Shown in pieces: positions 16,884-24,010 of a DNA stretch of 38,123 bases (position 1 is its first letter; each line of letters opens with the position of its first letter). Under the pieces are notes generated by a model that was given only the letters and a program-made list of their open reading frames with translations, was not told the origin of the DNA and made no database searches. The DNA comes from an uncultured Bacilli bacterium (lineage in GTDB: Bacteria; Bacillota_I; Bacilli_A; RF39; UBA660). A program made the translations under genes and the position numbers. The DNA lies in NCBI GenBank assembly GCA_947627835.1, contig CANQXM010000002.1, positions 1-38,123 of the forward strand, in the 5' to 3' direction.

Positions 16884-18077
16884 TTACTCGTTTTTTAAAA
16901 TGAATTCTTTTAATTTATTTATTTGGCGATTTAGTAAAACACATAGCCGATAGATTCGTTTATCAGAATATCCAGTTAAATGTTGGTATTGATGTAATAG
17001 ATCATCAAACCATTCAACAATTCCATCTAATTTGCTTATTTCAATTCTTTTTGGGTTTTTAACTACTTTTATGATTTCATCAAATGGTTTTACTTCATAA
17101 AATAATCTTCCACTTCCAGAAATGTGTACTTCATCTTCATCATAATATTCGATATTTAAACTTTGACCGTTATCAAATATTGGTGCTACATCTAGCCATT
17201 TTAAGGTATTCACATCTCTTATAATTCCAAAGTTATTTAAATGGCGATCTTCATTCATAATCAGAAAATCTAGAATATACATATTCTCCATTTTTTCTCT
17301 TGCATTTTCTATTCCATTATCTTCTAATTTTTTAATATATTCTTCATAATCTTCTAAACTATCATGTTTTTTCATATCATTTTTAATTTGATAGCAAGTA
17401 ATTAGTTCTGTATCTTTCGTTATAAAGCAGGGGCATTTTGATACTACGATATCTTTATAGGTATCAATGGTATATTCTACATGATTAAATCCGAGTCTTT
17501 TACAAATTTCACTTGCTAATGCTTCATTAAATGGTTGCAGCGTCTCATTTTTATAACCACCTTTTAATAGATATCTTATTCCGTTTTCTATTATCCAAGC
17601 TTTTTTAAGCATTCCATCGGTAGTATTATTTGGAGTTTTTAATGAAGTTTCTCTCGTAATTGTTTTACTATTTACTGATAAAGATGCTTCCATAAACTCT
17701 GCATAATCAAAATCATTGTCAAAGAAATTAATATCATCATAGGAAACGTCACTATCATAAGGTTTTAACCAATATTGATCGGATAAGGATAGTCCAAAAG
17801 CTTTATCTAAAAGTTCATAGGGTGCTATTATATTTAAACGATGTAATAATAAATCTAATTTATCACGCCATGAAGGAATTCCTCTTCCTTTAAACCAATC
17901 ACTTAAATTTTTTCGAAAGGGAGTGTCATTGATATCATCTTCCATATAAAAACTTTTTAAAATATAAGGTGCATAATTGATGTCTGTTACTTCGTAGATT
18001 CTATCGAAAAATTTTGATGTTTCATTATATTCAGCAGTCAATACTTCTTTATTTTTATTCATTAGTATACATTTCAT
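16884..18077 (-). CDS. HipA-like Ser/Thr kinase domain protein (solo, no HipB-like neighbour)
   Basis: The catalytic-loop-like motif LIMNEDRHLNNFGIIRD resembles the HipA_C (D/N)xDxHxxN pattern. AAGGAAG RBS. An extended -10 TGGTATAAT lies at 18115-18107. Confidence 0.65.
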   Translation of the reverse strand: MKCILMNKNKEVLTAEYNETSKFFDRIYEVTDINYAPYILKSFYMEDDINDTPFRKNLSDWFKGRGIPSWRDKLDLLLHRLNIIAPYELLDKAFGLSLSDQYWLKPYDSDVSYDDINFFDNDFDYAEFMEASLSVNSKTITRETSLKTPNNTTDGMLKKAWIIENGIRYLLKGGYKNETLQPFNEALASEICKRLGFNHVEYTIDTYKDIVVSKCPCFITKDTELITCYQIKNDMKKHDSLEDYEEYIKKLEDNGIENAREKMENMYILDFLIMNEDRHLNNFGIIRDVNTLKWLDVAPIFDNGQSLNIEYYDEDEVHISGSGRLFYEVKPFDEIIKVVKNPKRIEISKLDGIVEWFDDLLHQYQHLTGYSDKRIYRLCVLLNRQINKLKEFILKNE

Positions 18078-18316
18078 GAGTTAGTCACTTCCTTTTTAAT
18101 GCTATTATTATACCATACTAAACTAGATAAAAACACTTTCTCTGATGCAATTTTATCCATTTTCATTCATGGTTTTTCCTCTTTAAAATTTACTTTTTAA
18201 TCCTAATCGTTAAATGGTAATAATTTCATTAAAAATCTTCTTTACTTATATGATATTCCACCATTTTTTTAACATATTTTAAAAATAGGTTAAATTTTTA
18301 TTTCTATTTTCACCAA

Positions 18317-18346
18317 TTTACGAATTTGTCTTATCCGTGATACAAT
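18317..18346 (+). promoter_or_regulatory. Promoter of the 314-aa orphan gene
   Basis: TTTACG (18317-18322), an 18-nt spacer, then TG-A-TACAAT (extended -10; hexamer at 18341-18346). GAGGTGA RBS at 18353-18359 and ATG at 18364. Confidence 0.55.
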
Positions 18347-18363
18347 GAAATTGAGGTGATATT

Positions 18364-19308
18364 ATGGCTATTCAGGATCCAAAACCGGATGAAATTGTTC
18401 CTTCAAAAACTCAGAAAGGAAAGCAAGAAGGATTTACTATTCTTTTTACTGAGGCATATGCTATGCCAAGTAATACTTATGTGGAAGATGATTCTCATAC
18501 GTTTACGGTTTCTCTCGATCGAAGTCTTTGTTGGAAGAATTTTGGACGATGTTGGTTTGATGAAGGAGAGCGGGAGTTGATTGCCAAACAAACTGCTTAT
18601 AAGGAGTGGTTACTGGAGTTTTGTCCGCCGAAAGACTATGCTAAGTGTGGAATTATGTTTGGAATAAATGGAGTTTGCCATACAACTTCTAACCGAGAAT
18701 TATTGATTGGAGAAGATAACGTAGATGTTCGTCTTGCGCCGAAAAATTTTGTGACGGTTTCTATTTTTGGTAAATATGGGTTTGGTTTAGATATTTTAAA
18801 ACAACTCATTACAGATTCTTATCATCGGGCAAGTTTACAAGTACCGATGGCAGAAGATGTTTTACAAATGGTACTGGATCGTATTGATCAAACTTTAGAT
18901 GATGAAGTTTTGGCTTGGAGACAACTGATGAGTGAATATTTCATGTTACCAATTGAAACCATCTTACAAAAGCATCCGGATGCCGTGGCAAATTTACGGA
19001 TGATGATTACTCATCTTTTACAAAACCGTGAACTCATTTATGAAGAATTTCGCAAACGACAAGTTGTTCAACCGACCTATGAAAAAAATATTTATATGTT
19101 ACTCAGTCAAAGCGTTTCTAATTATTTGGACTTTTTGGTTCAAGCAGGCTATATTGATAATACGATGCGTACCAATGCCTTACAAGCAATGATCCTATTT
19201 TTTAATCGTTTGTTTCGCGTCGTTGATGGACAAGTACAAGCCGTTACCCAAATGGGAGGACTTGATCAAAATCTTGTTAAAAAATTACAACGAACGGGTA
19301 AAATTTAA
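18364..19308 (+). CDS. Hypothetical protein, no recognisable family; compositionally atypical
   Basis: A 314-aa ORF with a good RBS, its own promoter and a strong terminator. My hand count gives about 38-42% G+C in sampled lines (18601-18660, 19021-19080), against about 23-32% in neighbouring genes. It uses CCG/CGA/GCC codons that look uncommon in the neighbouring genes I read (not counted). Confidence 0.75.
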   Translation: MAIQDPKPDEIVPSKTQKGKQEGFTILFTEAYAMPSNTYVEDDSHTFTVSLDRSLCWKNFGRCWFDEGERELIAKQTAYKEWLLEFCPPKDYAKCGIMFGINGVCHTTSNRELLIGEDNVDVRLAPKNFVTVSIFGKYGFGLDILKQLITDSYHRASLQVPMAEDVLQMVLDRIDQTLDDEVLAWRQLMSEYFMLPIETILQKHPDAVANLRMMITHLLQNRELIYEEFRKRQVVQPTYEKNIYMLLSQSVSNYLDFLVQAGYIDNTMRTNALQAMILFFNRLFRVVDGQVQAVTQMGGLDQNLVKKLQRTGKI

Positions 19309-19335
19309 CTCTAAGTTTTCTTAGAGTTTTTTAAT
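19307..19335 (+). terminator. Strong rho-independent terminator after the orphan gene
   Basis: AACTCTAAG (19307-19315) / CTTAGAGTT (19320-19328), a 9-bp stem with a TTTT loop, followed by a T-run. Confidence 0.8.
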
Positions 19336-19374
19336 TTATTTGATTAAAAGTGCTACAAAATGTATCAAAAATAG

Positions 19375-19403
19375 TTGACTTTTTATTAAAATGGGTTCAA
19401 AAT
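19375..19403 (+). promoter_or_regulatory. Promoter candidate for ATPase A
   Basis: TTGACT (19375-19380), a 17-nt spacer, then CAAAAT (19398-19403), 50 nt upstream of the ATG at 19453. The -10 is weak. Confidence 0.35.
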
Positions 19404-19452
19404 GGAATAAATGAAAGCTTATTTTCCATATTATTAGTAGGAGGTTTTTTAT

Positions 19453-20808
19453 ATGTTTACTTATGTAAAAGCCAAAAACTTTAAATCTTTAAAAGATGTC
19501 TTTTTTCAATTTAATAAAAATAAAACTACGACAAATCACCTCATTGCATTATACGGAGAAAATGGCAGTGGGAAAACACATGTAGTTGAACTTTTTAAAT
19601 TTTTGCAATTTGTTACGATGTCTCGTTTACTGGATACTTCTGTTCAGAAATTACCCAAAGAATTTTTTGAAATGCGCTATCAAGTGGAAGAAAATTTTTC
19701 TCATGAACTTAGTTCTTTGTTATCTACTAACTTTCATCTTGTTGACTATCGAATGATTGATGAAACGGATCCTACTGAAATTGAATTTGGATTTAAAATT
19801 CAACAAAAAGAAGGATTTTACTTCATTCGTTTTAATCATGAAATCCTAGAAGAAAAACTATATTATGTTGCTGAAAAACAAAAGACCTATTTGTTTGATA
19901 TTCATAGGGAAAATGGAAAAATTGTTAAAAATTTCAGTAAACAGGTATTTAAAAATGAAAAATATAATAAAGAGTTGAAAGAAACGATTGATCAGTTATG
20001 GGGCAAGTATTCTTTTTTATCATTACTAACTTTTGAAATTCACGAAAAGAATCCTGATTATATTAAAGAGAGTCTTTCTATTTCTTTATGTGAAGTTCTT
20101 ACTTTGATTAGCCAGTTAACGGTTTTTGTCGATCGAAAATCTATGCCAAATTTACTAGATTCTCTTTTTGCACCGAAGGCAGATTTTCGTATTCAATCTG
20201 GAACGATCATGAAAGAAAATCTTATGGAACTACAAAAATATGAAACTGTTTTAAATATTTTCTTTACTCAAGCTTATGCAGATATTAAAGAAGTAAAATA
20301 TCAAACTATTGAAAAAGAGGATCAAATTCAGTATGAACTATATTTTTATAAAGTAATTGGAGGAACTTTAAAAGCAATTCCTTACCGCTTAGAATCTGCT
20401 GGAACAAAACGAATTTTAGATCATTTTGATGTCATAACTGGTGCACTTCTTGGAGAAGTTGTTGTGATGGATGAAATTGATAATGGAATTCATGATTTAC
20501 TTATGAAGAATATCATTTTATCTATTCAAGATGAAATTACTGGTCAGTTAATTTTTACAACTCATAATACGCTTTTATTAGAGGTTTTACCAAAAGAAAA
20601 TATCTATATTATATTTACGAATCCTACTGGAGATAAAATGATTCATTGTATACGTGATTACTCTATTCGTATTCAAAAGAATCATAATGCTAGAGATTTA
20701 TATTTAAAGGGAATCTTTGGAGGAATTCCAAATACGGATTATATTGATTTTGAAGAAATCAAATACAACTTAGAAAAGAGCGATCAACATGATGAAGAAA
20801 CGTCCTAA
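19453..20808 (+). CDS. ABC/OLD-type (AAA_21-like) ATPase, module A
   Basis: Walker A GENGSGKT (K41 = nt 19573-19575). Signature-like LESAGTKR. Walker B VVVMDEID. H-loop FTTHN. C-terminal YLKGIFGGIP tail shared with ATPase B (YLNGVFNGMP). AGGAGG RBS. Confidence 0.85.
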   Translation: MFTYVKAKNFKSLKDVFFQFNKNKTTTNHLIALYGENGSGKTHVVELFKFLQFVTMSRLLDTSVQKLPKEFFEMRYQVEENFSHELSSLLSTNFHLVDYRMIDETDPTEIEFGFKIQQKEGFYFIRFNHEILEEKLYYVAEKQKTYLFDIHRENGKIVKNFSKQVFKNEKYNKELKETIDQLWGKYSFLSLLTFEIHEKNPDYIKESLSISLCEVLTLISQLTVFVDRKSMPNLLDSLFAPKADFRIQSGTIMKENLMELQKYETVLNIFFTQAYADIKEVKYQTIEKEDQIQYELYFYKVIGGTLKAIPYRLESAGTKRILDHFDVITGALLGEVVVMDEIDNGIHDLLMKNIILSIQDEITGQLIFTTHNTLLLEVLPKENIYIIFTNPTGDKMIHCIRDYSIRIQKNHNARDLYLKGIFGGIPNTDYIDFEEIKYNLEKSDQHDEETS

Positions 20809-21388
20809 TTATATACGTATTATTGTGATTGCTCATGGAAAAAGTGAACTTTTACTTGCAGAACATATCAAAAGTAATCTTCATCTTCCGATTCAAATCT
20901 ATGCTGAAAATCATGGAAAAACCAGTATTATGATTGATGGACTTCCCAATGTTCTTGGCAATAATATTTTTAAAAATAAAACTTCTTTGTTACGTCATTA
21001 TGCAATTGAAACTAGTGGAAAGCAACTTAAAAATTTGGTTATCATGCCTATTATGGATTTAGATGAAACGAGTGTAGAAGCTTATAAATCGAAAGAGATT
21101 TTTGCTAGTCATTGGCTTTCTCCTTATATTGTTCCAATTTGGAATAATGAAAATTTGGATGCCGTTTTATTTCATCTTGGACTTATTGATCATATTCCGA
21201 ATGATAAAGAAAAAGGAAAAATGTATCGTCAGCTTTTTCCTACTAATCATGAAGGTCCTGATTTTGAACAAGTAAAAATGTTAAGGGACGCATTTAGAAA
21301 TTCGAAAAACACAAATATGGAAATTTTTTTGGATGCCTGTCTCCAGTGTTTTGAAGAGTTCTATTCGGATGATACCAAAAGTTCATAA
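20789..21388 (+). CDS. Small RloB/Toprim-like partner protein, module A (degenerate first acidic motif)
   Basis: The start overlaps the ATPase A stop by 20 nt. Three blocks, IIVIAHGKSE, IMPIMDLDE and VPIWNNENLDAVLFHL, align by eye with FVEGENDE, FLWDRD and SYPCIQSYILENF of the module B partner. They also align with the EGxxTE / vFDrD / SNPcFElWlLlH blocks I recall for RloB-like proteins. Confidence 0.55.
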   Translation: MMKKRPNYIRIIVIAHGKSELLLAEHIKSNLHLPIQIYAENHGKTSIMIDGLPNVLGNNIFKNKTSLLRHYAIETSGKQLKNLVIMPIMDLDETSVEAYKSKEIFASHWLSPYIVPIWNNENLDAVLFHLGLIDHIPNDKEKGKMYRQLFPTNHEGPDFEQVKMLRDAFRNSKNTNMEIFLDACLQCFEEFYSDDTKSS

Positions 21389-23109
21389 GGACTAGCTAGA
21401 GTTCCATTGCCACTTGTCATTTTCACTCCGGCTTTTAGATTGATGACTGGTCGTACTCCATTTGGAAAATTCACACTGTTTCCCATCAGTGTCCCATCAT
21501 AATACATGGCTCTTACGTAGGCAAAGTCACCAAAAAAGGCTCCAGATGACATCGTCCAGTAATTACTTCCGTTATATAAATAAAAATGGGTGTTAGCTGC
21601 AATGTAAATGCCACCGGCATAGGTAATTTCATCTTGGGTAATTAAACCAATGGGATAGGTTAAGGCGCCATTCCCTATCGTTTTATCTGTTACTGTGAAA
21701 CGGTCACTTGGATTTTCACAGCGGTATGTGACATCCTTCCCTGCTATGTCATAACCGCGATAATAGGTTTCTTTTTCACCGAAGCCCATTTCATTTTGAT
21801 GATACCAATTTCCAAAAGGGGAAAACTGGTTTTCAATTCCAAGTTTCGTTGCAAACTCATAAAAATTTTGATAAACCTCTTCTTTCATAATGCTTCGGTC
21901 ATTACAAAAAAGAGTATCTGATATCATCTTTTCATAGATTGTATTTTGAAGATTTGTTTCATACCAAGCATCTAGCGCTTTTTTAATTGTGCTATCCACT
22001 TTATTTGTTTGGGCATTTTTTTCACTGGTACTTGGAACATCTCCGTACATATAACCTACATATGCATTATCACTGGCATTGGTATTAAAACTTACAGCAG
22101 TGGTAATTTGAGAATCTGAGCCTTGATAATCTTCTTTCTTGGTTTTATTTGGATCATATTCTCCAGTATAGATTAACCGAATGGAATCATCGCCGTTTAC
22201 TCTTATAATTCGCCACATTTTATTTGCAAAGACCACATAATTATTTTCTACTTCTCCACGAAAGTAATAACTGACTCCATAGTCATCAAATGTTTTATAA
22301 AGGCCATTTGTTGTATCATAATGATTGATATCATACGTAAAAGCAAATTGATCATAATAGGGACTATCTTTATATTGTGCTAAAATGCTTGCAAATTGTT
22401 CTTCGATTTCTTCTTTGGACTTCACGCTTACAGCAGCTTTTCCAATTTGAGGAACATTTTTGGTATCTACCTCTGCAATTATTTTACACATCAAGGCATT
22501 TTCTCCATATTTTTTTATGCACTTTTCTTCTTCGGTCGGAACGGATGATGTATAAAACGCTTTTACGGTTATTTTCCCTTGATAGGTTTTTGAATTTGTT
22601 TTTGAGCTGGCTTTGGTATTTTCATCTAACCATAGACGTAAATTATATTGAACGCTACCTTCTTTTGAGAAATATTCTGTATAAAGTTTTCTTGAATTTT
22701 GAGCGTTTTTAATAGTTGGAGTAGCCTTTTCATAACCGTTTAGTATTCCTAAGGTGTGTTCTTCCTTGTTTTCTGTATTTAACTCTACTTTTAGGTATTC
22801 ATCTGATAAGTCACTACCCTTTAATTCCTCTAAGTATATTTCATACATAACATTCGATGAGCAGGTATTTTGAATGGTAAATTGATAAGGCTCTGTACTC
22901 ATTCCTTCTTGATCGGTCATTGGCAAAACATTGGGTAAGTAAATTCCACTATTATCTTCTGTAAAATCCACTTTTAAACAATCTGTTGCTACGACATTTG
23001 CCATGTTTTCTTCACTTGCAAACAACCAATGCGCGTAGGAAGTTCCACTTACTACCAATATAATTAAAAGAAACGTTACTGCTAAGAAAAGAAGTATTTG
23101 CTTTTTCAT
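21361..23109 (-). CDS. Secreted or cell-surface protein with a TasA-like signal region and a DUF6273-like C-terminus
   Basis: The N-terminal KKQILLFLAVTFLLIILVVSGTSYAHWLFASEE resembles SipW/TasA-type leaders (GGTFAYFSD-like). The C-terminal YWTMSS...GVRPVINLKAGVKMTSGNGTLASPYEL is of the W..S../RPvI.L/GdGT..nPY type common in Firmicutes surface proteins. Confidence 0.7.
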   Translation of the reverse strand: MKKQILLFLAVTFLLIILVVSGTSYAHWLFASEENMANVVATDCLKVDFTEDNSGIYLPNVLPMTDQEGMSTEPYQFTIQNTCSSNVMYEIYLEELKGSDLSDEYLKVELNTENKEEHTLGILNGYEKATPTIKNAQNSRKLYTEYFSKEGSVQYNLRLWLDENTKASSKTNSKTYQGKITVKAFYTSSVPTEEEKCIKKYGENALMCKIIAEVDTKNVPQIGKAAVSVKSKEEIEEQFASILAQYKDSPYYDQFAFTYDINHYDTTNGLYKTFDDYGVSYYFRGEVENNYVVFANKMWRIIRVNGDDSIRLIYTGEYDPNKTKKEDYQGSDSQITTAVSFNTNASDNAYVGYMYGDVPSTSEKNAQTNKVDSTIKKALDAWYETNLQNTIYEKMISDTLFCNDRSIMKEEVYQNFYEFATKLGIENQFSPFGNWYHQNEMGFGEKETYYRGYDIAGKDVTYRCENPSDRFTVTDKTIGNGALTYPIGLITQDEITYAGGIYIAANTHFYLYNGSNYWTMSSGAFFGDFAYVRAMYYDGTLMGNSVNFPNGVRPVINLKAGVKMTSGNGTLASPYELLVSSE

Positions 23110-23150
23110 AAGGCTGTCCTTTCATTTTTACTACTCTCTTATTTGCAGTT

Positions 23151-23180
23151 AGTATACAACATGATGACAAAAATCGACAA
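23151..23180 (-). promoter_or_regulatory. Promoter candidate for the secreted-protein gene
   Basis: On the minus strand, TTGTCG (23180-23175), an 18-nt spacer, then TATACT (23156-23151), about 40 nt upstream of the ATG at 23109. Confidence 0.35.
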
Positions 23181-23224
23181 TCTTTTATTTCTATTATTTA
23201 CATATTATTCCTAATATTTTTTAT

Positions 23225-24010
23225 TTATGGTCTTTCAGTTATGATATTTAAATCAATTAAAATGATGGAAACCAGTGATAACATTTTATAGTATTGATGA
23301 TTTGAAAAGAAGTTTTCTTCATATTCAAATATTTTCATATTGGTTTTCGAAAAGTTGGATGGATCATAATCTTTGATTCCTATTTTCATCAATTTATTAT
23401 GAAGCATATTAACGCTTTTTAATAAAGTATGTGTATTTATTTCACTAATTCTATATCCGTTTTTCGAAAGGTATTTTTTTAAATCTTTGATTTGTAAATT
23501 TTCTGTATTTTCTTTAAAATTTTCTAAAATATAACTTTGAATACATGGGTAACTTAGCAATAATAAGCCATTGATACCATCATTATTTTCATAAGCATTT
23601 CCTAATGATTTTAATAATTTCTTTGTAATATCGGCACGATTAGATATATAATCTCGGTCCCATAAAAAATATATTGGTACATTTTTTATATCTATATGAT
23701 ATTTTTCATACATCATTTTAAATATCTGATTTTGGTAATCCACATCTTTCACAATATTCTGAATATTAGAATTCCTTAAATTGATTACCAATATTTGTGA
23801 GTTTTCATTTCCTCTCATTACATATTGATCATAGTCATTTATTTTTACTCTATTTCTCTTTTTTTCAATGTATCGATAGTGAAGTACATTTCGAAAAATT
23901 TGTTTTAATATTTCACATTCATCATTTTCGCCTTCAACAAATATTACTACTGTTCCAATGTTTCTGCGCAGATTAATCTTTAAAGTGCTTGTTGTATTTT
24001 GGCATTCCAT
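23225..24010 (-). CDS. RloB/Toprim-like partner protein, module B
   Basis: VVIFVEGENDECEILKQIF (Toprim Glu block), PIYFLWDRDYIS (DxD block) and LLLSYPCIQSYILENF (the SNPCFELW-like block of RloB-like proteins). I prefer the ATG at 24010 (GGAG 6 nt upstream) over the one at 24022. It overlaps ATPase B by 38 nt. Confidence 0.65.
   Translation of the reverse strand: MECQNTTSTLKINLRRNIGTVVIFVEGENDECEILKQIFRNVLHYRYIEKKRNRVKINDYDQYVMRGNENSQILVINLRNSNIQNIVKDVDYQNQIFKMMYEKYHIDIKNVPIYFLWDRDYISNRADITKKLLKSLGNAYENNDGINGLLLLSYPCIQSYILENFKENTENLQIKDLKKYLSKNGYRISEINTHTLLKSVNMLHNKLMKIGIKDYDPSNFSKTNMKIFEYEENFFSNHQYYKMLSLVSIILIDLNIITERP

Noticed and set aside
18153-18170. A mini-ORF, MNENG-stop, with a good AGAGGAAAAACC RBS on the minus strand upstream of the HipA-like gene. 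I considered it as a leader peptide or tiny antitoxin.
   Set aside because: It has only 5 codons and lies upstream of the best promoter (extended -10 at 18115-18107) for the kinase gene, so it would not be on that transcript. It is most likely a chance match.
20789-21388. An alternative reading of the 199-aa partner A as an HNH nuclease (Septu PtuB-like). This was based on the H-x14-NL-x5-H spacing in SHWLSPYIVPIWNNENLDAVLFH.
   Set aside because: There are no Cys or His zinc ligands and no typical DH..P context. The same segment aligns better with the SNPCFELWLLLH-like block of RloB-like proteins and with partner B. This is not fully excluded; a profile HMM or fold comparison would decide it.
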